Positions 23,440 to 36,573 of a stretch of 64,000 nucleotides of DNA are shown here, in pieces; position 1 is the stretch's first letter; each line of letters starts with the position of its first letter. The stretch spans positions 2,480,001 to 2,544,000 of the forward strand of contig NC_058383.1 of NCBI RefSeq assembly GCF_018350175.1. Reading direction: 5' to 3'. Made by a program: the position numbers and the translations under genes. This DNA comes from Felis catus. Taxonomy: Eukaryota. The notes beneath the pieces are model-generated. The model had not been told where the DNA came from and did not search any database. It saw only the letters and a program-made list of their open reading frames with translations.

Positions 23440-23850
23440 AGTGGTGGCCGACCTAACATGCGTTCTCTCCTACCTATTGACAGAGCCCCCGTTTTGTGGG
23501 GAGCACTCCTGTGCCCGTTGAAAAACGGTGCTTGCAGCCTCTCTGGTAAGTAGAGATGCCTATGTGACACGATTCTGGCCAAGGAGATGTAAGTGGAAGT
23601 TTCTGGAGGCATTTAGAAGGGCTCTTTGAGGGGTGGGTGGCGGAATCAGGGGAGAAGAGCCTTTTATTTGTCCCTGTCTTCCTACCTGGAATGTGGATGC
23701 AATGCTCTGACTCAGCAGCCATCTTGTGAGCATGAGGACAACAGGCCACACTCTTTGTATGGATTCCTAGGACGCCACAAGCATTTTTGGGCCCAAGCTA
23801 ACCTTTGAGTTCTTGGCTCATGAGAAGAATAAAATCACTAGTATCCCTTT
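23440..23850 (+). mobile_element. Old MaLR LTR (MLT1-type)
   Basis: ttctggccaaggagatgtaagtggaagt; cagcagccatcttgtgagcatgagg; atgagaagaataaa. Confidence 0.6.
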
Positions 23851-26800
23851 TACACAAAACTCTGATTTTGTTTTAAACAAGTAAGATCCAAGCTTTCTAA
23901 GAAAGTCTTATCGATCCCAGCCACAGCCTTCTGAGCCCCACTCTCTGAGCAACTGTCTTTTCTGTCTATTTGCTCCGGTTTCTGTTCTTCTAGATACAAA
24001 ATCAGAGTAAGCAGGAGGTCAGTAAGGGCTGACACGTACAGCCCGTGTACAGAGAGCCACGGGGAGGGGGAGCACGAGGCCCTCTGCAGGGTCAGCGGCG
24101 CACGAGGAGGTAAGGAGCAGTCCAGGAAATGCTAACAGATGACGTTCCTGGCTCGCGGCACACAGGCTGGGCGATCCGTCTCCTCTGCCCGGCGCGGTCC
24201 TGCCTCGGATCCTGGGCCGGGCCCCTCACTTTTCGGTCTCAGGTCACATACTCCAGCCTCTGCCACATCCACCAGAATCTCTCTCTTCTCTCAGTCAGCC
24301 CTCGTTATTCCCCAGGAGCCCGCCCTCGCGACAGCCAAGCTCCTCGCTGCCACCCCGGGTGCCGCCAGCCTCCCCCGACCACCTCCTCGGGGACCAGGCC
24401 CCCTGTGTTCACACCCGGAGCTCCTCAAGGTGCTGCGCCCATCCACCGACTTTCAGGTGATGCGGGCAAAGGGCCAGTGGTTTTTTCTGTGCAATAAAAG
24501 TGTCTCGACCTGGTATCTTCTAGGAAGGGGGTGTAAGCATCACAAGTCAGGGCTGGGGGGCGGTGGGGAGCACGGCACGCTTCCTGACAGCAGGGACCGA
24601 AACTGTGGCAAGCATCACCCCCTGCCCCATCCCCAGGCCCGTCTCCCGTCCCAACTTCTACAGCCGGTCCCGACGTGCACGGAGGCCACGGTCTTTGCAA
24701 GGACGCCCACCTCCCGCGTTACCGAAGGACACTGCGTTCCCTCCAGCCGTCATTTCCCTCCCACGACCGCAGAGAAGCATTTGAAAGATGCACAGTGAGG
24801 AACGACAGATCCGAATTGTTCTGAAACGTGTAGTCAATTTATCCCATTGGCTCTCTATGAGCTTTTGTTCCATTCGGATTCCAGAGCCGTGCACGCAGCC
24901 GACTGTCAGCTGTGATGGTCTCCCGGAGCCACGGCGGGACCAAACCCAAGTGTGGCTTTGCTGTGGGGCTGGCCGGGGTGGGGGGCGGGGGGGAGACCTT
25001 GGTGACAGTGAAATGCCGTTTGTCTCCCGCTCTTGCCTCGGAAGCCTGGTCAGCAAACCGCCTTTGCCACGGGGACCGTTATGTCACCAAGACCTCCAGC
25101 TGATTCCGGTTCAGCAGTCTTCTGTGCTTTCAAGGACAGACCCTTCGCTTCACCCGGGGGCCCGGGGGACTTCCTTCCATTGGCAGAATCTTCATCGGAT
25201 TATCTGGGTTGGGGAAACTTGGAGAGTCCACGGTCCCTCTGAACGCCTCACGTCAAGGCTGGGTTTGCTGTCGTGCTAGCATGTAGCAGCTATTCAATAA
25301 ACGATTGCTAAACAAACACTCTAATGACCTAAGGTATTACGATAAGAACATTTCGTTGTCACAGACCTGTACTGAGTAGTCTGCTACCCGAGAAGCACCT
25401 GGTGACAGCAGGCGCCACACTCAGCCCAGGCGGCCGCCCTGCCAGACCCCTCCCAGCGGGACACAGCTCCCTGCTGCAGAATGGACCAATGTTCCCGTAC
25501 TTTTAACCCGGTTTTGCCGTCACTCCTTTGCACGCCCGCTGTGAGTTCCTGGAGAGGGCTTGCGTTGTGCCCACCCGTGAGTCTCCAGCACACCCCGGCA
25601 CAGGGTGAGCGCTGCCCAGAGAGCGAACGAATGAAGTGTCCTTCCAGAGTCCGGCCCGGACGCGTGGGGTTTCTGCTACGCACAGGTGGCCCAAAGCAGG
25701 ACGCGGAGCGTGCATTTTGGTGCGTGCGTCGTGGGGAGATGTAATTCTAGCACAGGAGAGGTGGGAGGAAAGCACGAGCTACTCTTTGATCTGGGGAGTT
25801 GGGGAGGCGGTCTGGGAGGGAAGAAACTGGACAGAGGACACTGCCCTACACAGAATCCTGCTCCTGGGGCTGGCGTGTGAGTGGGTGGGGCGAGGACCTG
25901 CCGAGCGAAAGGGTTGGGCCCTTGCATTTCATAGGAAACGTCACCAGCATCATGAAGTAAGAGCCCCACCCGGAGAGCAGCCGGGAACGAGACGGGAAGG
26001 TTCTATGGGAGCCACATCCGGACCGTGAATCTTCCCCTTCTCCTCCTCCTCGTCCCTCTGGCTGGCCCCAGAACCCCCAGGAGCACGAGCCCAGGTTAGA
26101 ATGGAGGGCGCGGGGGGCCCACCGGCCTCTGCACGTCTCTCTGGGGGGAACGTCTGTGAGGTTTGGGAACGAGGACACTTCAGGGCGGACTCGAGCAGGA
26201 CAGAGGGAACGCTACTCACTCGGGTCTCGTGTGAGTCAACAAGCATTAGCTGTGACAGACAGGAGTAGGAAAAAGCAGGAGCTCACAGCAAGGAGGTTCA
26301 GCGGGGAGAAGACTGTCCTCGTGAGAAGACACAGGTGACAAATTCAGGGGTGTCCAGAGCAAAGTGGGGACGGTGGTCCATGGGACGAAGCGGTGGAGGC
26401 CGGGCCGGGGAGGAAGAGGGGGAGGAAGGCTGGTCAGCAGCCCCACAAGCTTGCTTTGAGGCCCCAGCAGCCAGGTGCACTGGTCTCTCTCTTCTGCGTT
26501 TCTAAGGCGCACTGAAAATACACTCAGAATCGATGTAAACAGCTTAAGATGCATTTGTCACCGTGGGGCCGTCTAGTTTGCGAAATGTCAAGGGAACCGG
26601 TAAAGGCAGTGACACCTCTAAACACGTTTCCACGTTTGAAAAGAACTCTGCCGACGGTCTCGATCCCCGAGCGGGTTAGCGTCTAGAAGGAGGCAGATTT
26701 CAGGGCTCCTCCTACGGGAACGGAGATGGGGTGTTGCGGGCGGCGTGTTTCTGGATCCGGCTTTCCGCTGCTTCGACCCGCGTCCGCGCAGAGCACCGGC

Positions 26801-27344
26801 GAGTGAGATCAGGGAGTGAAATCCGCTCGGGAGGGCGGCCACTCGGGGGCCTGAGGCTCTGGCTTTCCCGGGGGGGCTGCACGGGGCTTGTGGAGACTTC
26901 TTCTCAAAAGGCCTTCAGGTCTGGTCGAGGCCCTGGGGCAGGAAGCAGCAGCCTCAGGTGTGATCCGGGCCTCAGACTTTCCTATTTTTACCCTGAGGTA
27001 TTTGAGGCTTGAGGTCAGAGCAGTACTTTCTCCGACATCGGTTCCCTGGGCAGATTTGCAGGCAGCAGGACAGACAGACAGCCGGTCTCTACAGACTCCT
27101 TCGGTGTAGACCCGCAGCGCTGTGCGGCCGGGGTTCCCGCTGGAGGGATCCGCACGCAAGGAAGGTCCTTGGGAGGTTAAAGTACACCGCGCTCCTTGGT
27201 GAGAAGTGGCATCCCCACCCAAAGAAGATGGGGGCTGTGGCCACAGGATCATGGAAATTCGACTCTAAAAAGAGAGCCATGCCAAAAAACCTTTGAATAA
27301 GGAGACAACAGTGTGCGTCCTGGTGGAAAGCACACGGTCCGGAA

Positions 27345-27505
27345 GGGAGGGTCCTGGATGTGAGCTCCTGCTCTGCCACTTGCTGCTGTGCGGCTTGGGG
27401 CACGTGGCTTAACCTCTCTGAGCCCCATTTCTTGGTCTGCAGAGTTGCACAAGCACCTCTAACACCTTAGGGCTGCTACCGTGCACACAGTAGGCACTTA
27501 ATCAC
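27345..27505 (+). mobile_element. MIR
   Basis: ctctgccacttgctgctgtgcggcttggggcacgtggcttaacctctctgagccccatttc. Confidence 0.75.
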
Positions 27506-29434
27506 TCAGTCCAGCCCTTCAGAAGCCAACAGGAAACTCGAGATGGAAACGAAGGCTCTGCCTGGACGCCCCGTATAACCACCTGCACGGGCAGAACTTC
27601 GAGCAAAACATCAAAGATCTGCCTTCGAGCCTTGTGTCTGGGCTTCTGGTTTGCGACTCGCCCACCGGGCGTCGTTAGCATCTCTCTCGCCGAGCCCGCC
27701 GTGCTGCTCACGGCCTCCGGGAGGGGCCCCCTCTCTTACTTCCTCGGACGCCCCGCGCCCCAGCCAGTCTCTCGCACGAATGGGCATGTAACATTCACGA
27801 AGTGACCGATTTCCGGGGCATAAGCGCCGGCTGTCTTTTCCTCGTTTCAGCTTCCTCCCTTCAGCGGGGAAGACCTTTCTGTCCGCCGCGTGCTGAGGGT
27901 TTTCGCCACGACAGCCTGCTGACGGGATCACACGCCCTTCGTGTGCACCCGGCTCGTTCTGCTGCGCCTGCCGTTTGGACCCGAGCGCCCATCTGTCTTG
28001 GCCTCTCCATCAGTCACAGATTAGAAGTCTACAGTCTACGTCCCTCCAATCTGTGACCTGCGGGGACGGAGCTATCTGGTCACAAACCACCCCAGCCGGG
28101 TGAGCTGCAGAAAAGCCAGCTGGTCCTGCACTCTGTCGGGAAGAAGGACTCTTTCATTTGCTGGCGTTCCCGAATGTGGCATCAGTGTGACGGCGGCCAT
28201 CTCTTCTTGCAATGTGCCCCCCTCCCCCACTCCAGCCCGAAGGACCTTCTGCATCACCAAGGACAGCCCGTTCTAGCCGGTGGTGCACGGGAATTCGGTT
28301 CAGTGTGGAATCCTAATTCTTTGAAAACTGATAACCCACACCAGCCAGCATCTTCCGGACTTACGCGGAGGGCTTCACTCCCTCGTTGTGAAAGGTCACC
28401 AGCTGGCCTTCAGGGGACGCGCTCCTGGACGAAGCGGGGCACAACGCCTCCGTGCCTCTTGTGCCGTGGGCACTCATTCGACATCAGAGGAGGGGACGGA
28501 GTGACTCAGTAACACAACCCACCACAGACGGCAGGGGCGGAGGGGGGCCGCGTCTGACCACACTTGGCACGCCGCTCGCTCAGGAAGGGCCCCGGGGCAA
28601 AGCACCGCGTCCCGATCCTTCTGGGACCAATGGCCCAGTTTGTGGGGGTTCCAGATGCCTGAGTTAGTCCATTCCCCTCCTTCTGTGCGTCTCGTAAGGT
28701 CGCCACTTACCGCAGACCTTTGGGGAAGGATCAAGCACGGTGCCCGCATCCGGCACCCCCGATACCACACGTAACAACCCGCGTTCCACGCCAGGCTGGG
28801 CGGGCACAGGAGTGAAATTCAAATGGGTCAGATTTCCCGTCCTGGAGCATTCTGCCAAGAGATGGCCGGCGGGGGCAGGGGTGGGGGGTCGGGGGGGATG
28901 GTTAGTTAAAATGCGTTCACTGGGCATCCGCTAGGTCAGGAGCAGAGTAAGTCTGTTCGTCCAACTAAACAGGCTTCTGGGAGGGAGACAGAGAAGGAGG
29001 ACAGGACTCAGGAAGGGTCTCTTTACTCCTAATTAGCTGCAAAATAAACAGCTTCCCCACGGAATGGGGCCCCTCCTCCCCACCGCCCCTGCAGCCCCAC
29101 ATTTCAATGAGCTCTGTGTTACTCGGGTCCCCTATTACTTGAGAGAATCGAGAGCTGGCTGTAATTAATTGTGATAATGTGCTCAGGAGCAGAGCCAGCG
29201 GCAGCCTGGGGAGGCTGGCCAGAGGTGCTGGCTTCCCCAACATGCCCTCCGCGGGGCTGCACGGACGGCGGGGCGGGCCAAGGCGGTGGGCCGAGACCCC
29301 CGTTGCAGGTTGCTTCTGCTGCGTGCTGCATCGAGAAGCCCAGCAAGGTCCCCCCTCCCACCTCCCTGCGCCCCGCTCCCCTTCCCAGTCCCGGCAGCCG
29401 TGAGCCCTCGAAGCCAGTGACTCTTAAAATGAAG

Positions 29435-29815
29435 ACATTTATACGTGCGACGAAATACTATTCAGCCACGAGACGGAACGGGGCGCTGATCCGTGCCACA
29501 ACATGGACAGACCTTGCAAACGTCACACGGAGCGGAAGACACCAGACTCGAAAGGCCACGAGCGGCAGGATACCTTCAAACGCCCAGAGGAGGGAAGCCC
29601 ACAGAGAGACAGCAGGTGGGTGGCGGCCAGGGGCTGGGGGCCGGCAGACACGGAGGGGCGGCCGCTGATGTATACGGGGCTTTATTTTCGGGGCAAGGGA
29701 CGTGGTTCGGAACAGGGTGCGGGTGGTGGCTGTACAGCCCCGTGAGCGTGCTAAACACCAGTGAATTGTTCACTTTAAGGTGGGGGGTGAACATTACGTG
29801 AATTTCACTTCCCTC
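29435..29815 (+). mobile_element. L1M 3' end fragment, GC-shifted
   Basis: aatactattcagcca...ccacaacatggacagaccttgcaaac; gaattgttcactttaag. Confidence 0.75.
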
Positions 29816-32800
29816 AACCAAATCTGATCAAACAGATAAAAAGCTCCAATTTCTGGAACACATGAGCTGCTGGTCCCGAACCAACGCTAACCCCAGCCCT
29901 GACACAGCCTGGCCGGGAATGTACCATCAACTCAGATGGAGACGCGAGAGGGGCTCCACGGACCAGGCAGGTGCATGCGCCCCTCACCCCCGCCCCGGGG
30001 TGGGTGGGGGGGGTCAGTCAACCCTGGGCTCGGGGAAGCGCGGAAATCAGGAGTGACGTCTGCGGGCTGCGCGTCCAGGAAAAGGCACAGGGGAGGCGGA
30101 CGCGGCAAAAGGAGGCGGGGTGTGAGTGAGGTCTGAAGCGAGGACACGGGCTGAGAAAAAGGCACAGGAACTCAAGAGTTTTATTTAGTGCCCGCAGGTG
30201 CACGGCGAGGGAAGCGAAGAGAAATGAAGCAAGACACAGCCGAGCAGGGAGGGGGTGGGCGGGGGCGGGAAAGGGAAAGCGGGGTCTGGTCTGGGAGGGC
30301 TGCTTCCGTGTTAGTGTCCCTGGGTCAGTCCCCGGGGTGGGGGCGCGGGGGCTCCTGAGGCCGTGGCAAGGAGCCCGTGAACTTGAGTGATTTCCCGGAG
30401 GTCAGCTCACCTGTTTTAAAGCCGCCAGGCAGCTTGAAACGTGGAAACACCGAGACTCACATTTTCCACGTTATCTGAGCACCAGAAGGGGGGCGGGGAT
30501 GAGACTGTTACCAAACATCTCCGGACACTCCGATTTTGCTGCCGAGGAGACAGTCCCGTCCTGTGTCTCTCCTTCTTACTGATCTATTACGTAAGAGTGT
30601 CTTTAAATGAGCCTGTTGGGGTTGGGGGCGGCGGGGGGGGGGGGTGTCCAGGCCCTGGTGCACACGAGCCCTTGGTTTTCTGATGTCCTGTGCTCCCTAC
30701 ACAGTGCAATGGAAACGCTTTCCGAGAGCAGCAGGCCCGGGAATGTGGGGATCTCTACGCCCAGAGATCATCTCTCGCTTCTTGCCATGCAAGCAAAAGC
30801 TCATAAAATCAGATGTCAGCCAGACTTTTTTTTTTTTTTCTCCTTTGGCTTGTGTCAAATGGCTGGAATCACCGATCATTACGTAAGGAGCCCCGTCCAA
30901 ACTGCACCCAGACACCGCAGATCGGTGCGGACTTGAGGCTTCGGAGCAAGTGTCGGCAGCAGTGGGTGGGGGGGTGGGCTCTGTGCCTGCGTGTGGGGAG
31001 CTCTGCAAAGCCAGGCTCGAAGGCCGCCCGCCAGGCGCTACCCAGCCGTGTCGTAGGCCAGGCCGGCCTTCGTGGGACCCGCTCCACCGAGGGATGCTCT
31101 CCGCTGTGTGACTGGAGACACCCGCGACCTTACGTGGTCTCTCGTTTTAAAGGATGCCCCTGAGACCTTGCGGACTTCTTCGAACCCGTGATGTCAGCGT
31201 GACCTCCTGGAAGCAGAGGACAGCTTCTCATAAGCCCAAGCCGCCCGAGGCCTGCAGTTTCGACCCTGCAGGGCTTATCGGGTTCCTGAAGTGCTTCAGG
31301 AGGAAATGAGGAAGTGTCTCTGAGACCTCCAGGAGATGCAGGGGGCGGGGGGGCGGGGGGGGGGCGCTTTCCCTCGGGCCCTGTTCCTTCTGCTCCTTGA
31401 AAAGCCATTCACACTGCACTCTGCCTTTTCTCCCCGGGGTTCTGGTCAAAGTCTCCCACTGGGCTCGGGGCTCCAGTGTCTCCGTCTCTCCACATGACTG
31501 CGGGCAGGGGCCGGGCCTTGGGTCAGCTGTGGGACAGTTAGCACCAGGCTCCTTTGCACACGGAATCTTAAACCTCGGAAGGAAGGATCGTCTGCAGGGT
31601 ACCCCGGGGAGGGCTGCGGGGCTGTGAGCCTCACCTAAAGGCAAGGGCCCGACCTTCCGGGACAGACGCCGCAGACAATTCCAGCGGGGGGCCTCGGGCA
31701 CCTCACTGCCCCCAACAAGAGCACATTCTGTGCTCTCACGCCCGCTCCTCCACGCTGGGCACTGTCCTCCATCAGAAGAAAGTCCGAGAAGCCAGCACAT
31801 AAAAATGCGAGCATTCTGGTCCAAATCAATCATCAGGCATTTACGGAGGGGCCTTCTCTGGGCTCAGTTCCACGCTCTGTGCAATCAAAGTGACAGCATA
31901 AACTAGTCGCCCCGGCACCGGCTGTTTGAGAGTCGACCGTGTTGTTTAAGAAATTGAGAAATGAAAGGGAGCATGTGTGGAGCCATCAGACACACGGTGT
32001 GGACGAAGCAAGGGGGTAGGGTGGGGGGCGCGGGGCTTACGGCACCCCCCCCGCCCCAGCCGGCCCCACACGGCTCCCGCTGGGGCTTTGCTAGCTCAGC
32101 ACACACGTGTCTTGGAGCTAAAGGACCTGCCGGTTGGAGAATATACTCACATGTTTGCAACCAGCTCTGTCCTGGGTCTGCCTGGGGTCCCTCCGTGGTC
32201 CCCTCAGACCCCCTCTCCTCCAGCGCGCTGCCTGCCAGGCCCCCAGAACATGCTGATGCTGCACGGAACCGCGGCCTCTCCCGGAAGCCCACACAACACC
32301 CCACTGGGAGGCCGCCTCTATTTTTAGGGGCAGAGGTGGGGGGTGGGGGCGCTGCCATACTTCCCTTTTTATTTTTGTTCTGAGCAGAGTCTGTGGGTGA
32401 CTTTCTACGGGGGGGGGGGGGAGGCTGAGACACTCGCCAAGGGGACCGTGCTCTCTCTGGCTGGCAGGGTCGCGTCTGCCTCTGGGGCGCAGGGGGGAGG
32501 GGGTGCAGGAGGGGAGGGAGGACCGGGCAGGAGCCTGGCGTCAGTCCTGCTCTCTCTTCCTGCTGTGCCCAACCTCGCCCAGGAGACCACGGTCCCCTGA
32601 CTATGAACTGCACCGAGGGGGAAGGCCGCAGGCGGGAAGCGTGGGGCCTAGAACGTTCCAGGGAAGATGTTCCACAAGCCTCACACCCAGCTGCCCCGAG
32701 CCAAACACGCTGCTACTCTTTTCTGCTCGACACAGGCCGGCATCCACGGCGGGGCACTGACCCAGCTCCTCCCTGACCACCCGTGTCTCCTCTGGCCTCT

Positions 32801-33759
32801 CACCCCGCGGTGAGCTCCGATCACCCCATTCCCCTGGGGGAGCAGAGGGCCGTGTCCTCTCGGGAAATAGGGGAACGGAAGCTGTGGGCGGATGGATCCA
32901 GGTGATGTAGGCACACGCCTGGGAGGTCAGCCCCGCCCCTTCCTAGAAGCTGCAACGTCCCCCACCCCCACCCCGGTCCCTGCACAGCTGGACACCAGTG
33001 TCTCCGCCTGGGCGCCACGGTCCGACTCCACTGCGGCCTGATCCCTGTGTCCCCGCCTGTACCGGTGGCCGGAGAACTTACGGTCCCCTCTCCTCTCCTA
33101 AACTACTGCGGTAGCATCAGTGAGCCGCGTGCATCTCAAGGACACCGTTCAAGGAGTTGGGGAAAGAAGACACCCTATGACCCACGGAGAAGCGGAGCGT
33201 GGCCAGCACCCCAGGGGGTCCTTCACGGCCCTTTCCGTGCCGTGCACCCACGCCGGTGGCCACCAGGACTGTGATTTCTGTGACAGAAAACTGAAGGAGC
33301 AGAGCACGCGCTGTTCGGGGCCTGGCTTGCTGCCTCAGTACCTCGGGGCACGGGCTGTGCATGTCACTGGCTGGTCCCGTGTGGTGCACGTCACTGGCTG
33401 GTCCCGGTGACAGAGCGTCGTCGCTGATGCGCGTCCCACGGTTTATCCCTTCACCTGTTGGTGGGCATTGCGGGTGGACTCCCAGGTTCCCCTGTTGGGA
33501 CGTTCTTGGACAAATCTTCGCGTGGACAGGTGCCGTCACCTCTTTGGGAGAAGCGCCAAGGCTCAGGGCTGCTGGGTCACGTGGTCGGTGCTCGCCCAGC
33601 TCCGTAAGCGACCATCACCCTGTTTTCCGAGTCCCGCTCCTCTGCACCCGCATCGGCCTTCTGCTCATGGAGGGGTGACACAGTCCCTTCGCAGGGCCCC
33701 GCCTCCTGCCTCTCCCTCTCTCTGAAGCTGTCATCCGCTGATGCCCCCCGCGGTGCGCC

Positions 33760-34140
33760 GGGCTGGACAGGGCCCCCCCTCTTCAGAATGCGACCGTATC
33801 TGGAAACGGGGGGTCTGCAGACGCACCGAAGCGGAGGTCTCCCTGGACTAGGGCGGAGCTTGAGTCAGTGACACACAGAGACAGAAGGGAAGGCGGCCAC
33901 GTGACTATGGAAGCAGAGGTGGGGGAGGTGGCCACGGGCCGTGGAACTTGGGGGCCACGAGACCCGCAAGAGTCGGGGGGATCCTTTTCTGGAGTCTCCG
34001 GAGGAAGGGGGCCCTGCCTTGTTCCCACCTTGATTTCAGACCGCTGGCCCCTAGGACTGTGAGAATATGTCTCTTTTCTTTCGAGCGAACCTGTTCATGG
34101 TAGTTTGCGAGGCCTGTGGTATTTTGTTACGGCAGCTTAC
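33760..34140 (+). mobile_element. MaLR LTR (MLT1)
   Basis: gaaggcggccacgtgactatggaagcagag; caccttgatttcagac...ggactgtgagaata; tgtggtattttgttacggcagc. Confidence 0.8.
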
Positions 34141-35214
34141 GTGAAGCGAGTGGCCCGCAGCACGTCTCCTGGCCAAACTCCTATCGGGCCTCCAAGCCCT
34201 CCGTCACCAGGGCCTCCTCCCACGGGAAGCTCTCCCTGACTGCCCACCCCTCACGGGCTCTCCTCCTGGGCCCCTCCGGACAGGACCCAGCAGGGCGGTG
34301 GGCAGGACTCCGCAGCCGGGCTACCACGGGGCCACGTGGCGACTGGGCGGGACGGGACCCTGATTCGGCGAGAGGCTGGCAGGGAGACGGAGGTCGAAAA
34401 GCTGGGTCTGGGGAGGGCTGAATGAGCAGACTTCACGGGAGCAAGAGGGGGCCGCGAGGTCCCTGGGGGCTGCACCCTGGGGACTTCTTGCCCAGACCGA
34501 AGGGCTGGAGGGAGAGGGGGAGGGGGAGGGGCAGGGGGCTGCCGGCAGGGCTCAGCCTTCAGGAGCCGGGGGTGGCCGCCCCTGAGAACTGACCAGCGGC
34601 CCCCGTCTTCCCTTTGTGCTCCCATCCTCCACAGCCAAGCAGAAGCCTAAGGTCAGGGGGCCACGGACCGGCTCGGGTCAGCCTCTGGTGCGGCTGGCGG
34701 GACTGCAGGGCATCCCCTGAGGCCTCAGTCTCTCCAGTCACATGGGGACGACGGGAGTGCCGCCTCACGGGGTGTGAGGATGAAGTGATGCTTGGAGGAC
34801 AGGAGCCCAGCGTGGGCACGTGGCCGGCCACCGGGGTTGGCCCCGCCGTGCTCCGCCCGGAGCGACAGCCTCCTTCCTGAGGACATTAAGGGTTCTGGCC
34901 TCTCGCGGTCACGCTCCTACGTTCCGGGCGCTGACGGCCTAGCTGGTGGCTTGAGCTGAAAAGAGGAGGAAGGAGGGGACGCGTGTCTCCTCTCTGGGCG
35001 GGGGGCGGTCTGCAGGAGAGCCCCTCAGGGACAGCCAGATCCTTGTCCTCCCTCGTCCTTTGGTTCTGGAAGCGGCCCTATGTGAGCACCACGGCAGGGA
35101 AGCCTTCCTTGCTGGCACACCCTCAACCCCCCCAGCGGTCCCGTGTGGCCGCCGCTGTGACCGCCAGGAAGCCGAGGCTCAGAGAAGTCGGGGGACTTGC
35201 CTGAGGTCACACTG

Positions 35215-35600
35215 TGTCTCAGTCTGCAAAACACCTCCGGCCGGAAGGCTTAGACAACTGGTGTTCATTTCTCTCTGTTCTGCAGCCTGCAAAGTCCGAG
35301 CTCAAGGTACCAGCAGATCCCCCTGTCCGGTGAGAGATCTCCTCCGGGTCCGCGGATGGCCGCCCTTCCGTGGTGTCCTCACGTGGGCTGTCCTTGGTGT
35401 GTGCTCACAACGAGAGAGCCCTGCCTCGTCCTCTTCCTACGAGACCCCTAATCCCATCACGAGGCCCCGCCCTCACGACTTCATCCAACCCTAATTTCCT
35501 CCCAAAGGCTCTGCCTCCAATACCTGCCCCCCCACCCCAGGGGCTTAGGGCTTTCACACCTGAACTGGGGGGTGGGGTCGCAGAGTGCAGCCCACAGCAC
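35215..35600 (-). mobile_element. MaLR LTR (MLT1A-like)
   Basis: aagtccgagctcaaggt; ccgccttccgtggtgtcctcacgtgg; ctaatcccatcacgagg; cctcccaaaggc. Confidence 0.75.
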
Positions 35601-36528
35601 TCGGGCAGTGGCAGGAAGGGTTAATGGCCCGGCTCCTCGTGGGATAGAAGGCGGGCTCGTGTGTGTCTCTCGCAGGGCCAGGCCCGCCCTCACCTGCCCC
35701 GCCACGGGCATCACATCGACTGAGTGACGGCTTCCGACTCCGGAGCAAATTAGTGGAAAGGAAGCCCCCTCGCGGGTGGTCGCAGCACAAGGTAACGGGT
35801 TCCCGAGGGGTCTCTGGTGCCGCTTGGGCCACCCACGCTGTTGTTTCACAGTTTGTGAATGGACGTGCCGAGGCAGAATGAAGTGCTCGTGGGAGGGAAG
35901 CTAGTCACGGACGGGAGGCCCAGCGCCTGCCACGCGGGGACTCGGCTGGGCCCTTGGTGTGCATTCTCTTAGGCTGCTCTCAGGTACCCTGGGGGATAGG
36001 TCGCCTTACCCCCCACGCTGCAGAAGAGGGTGTGGACGGCAGGGCCCGGACCCCACGGGGCGGTAGGGGGAGGGAGGCTCGGGGACCCATCCCGGTCTCC
36101 TTGACTTCTGCACACTGGACTTTCCAACACTCCGGAGAAACGGATCCTTCCGGGAGGAGATAAACCCACCAGAACCGAGCTGAGGGAAACTGCCCCTTTA
36201 TGAGAAAGGGCGTCCGAGCAGGCTGCAGGGTACAGCCCGATGCCCCTGACGTCCTTCCACCCCCAGGATGCTCAGAGCCTCCCCGCCGGACACACCAGAA
36301 CGCAGTGGGCGTGAGTTTTTCCCGGCCTGGATGAGGACATGCCCACTGGGCCCACCAGGGGCACAGCACAAGGGGTGCGGGCATCGCAGGGTGGAAGGGG
36401 CTGAGTTCTCACGGCCAGTCGCTAAGTGACACGTGAAAGGAAGTAGGATCCGAGAGCTTCCTGCACACACACCCCGTGAGCCTGGAGTCTGAGCTGCAGA
36501 CAAAGAGCGATTTTTCTAGTATGGCAAG

Positions 36529-36532
36529 AACA

Positions 36533-36572
<40 letters not shown>
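36529..36572. repeat. (CA)n microsatellite
   Basis: Direct inspection, one TA interruption. Confidence 0.93.

Positions 36573-36573
<1 letters not shown>

Noticed and set aside
36350..36366. CTCF-like ccaccaggggcac
   Set aside because: One G short of the core spacing.
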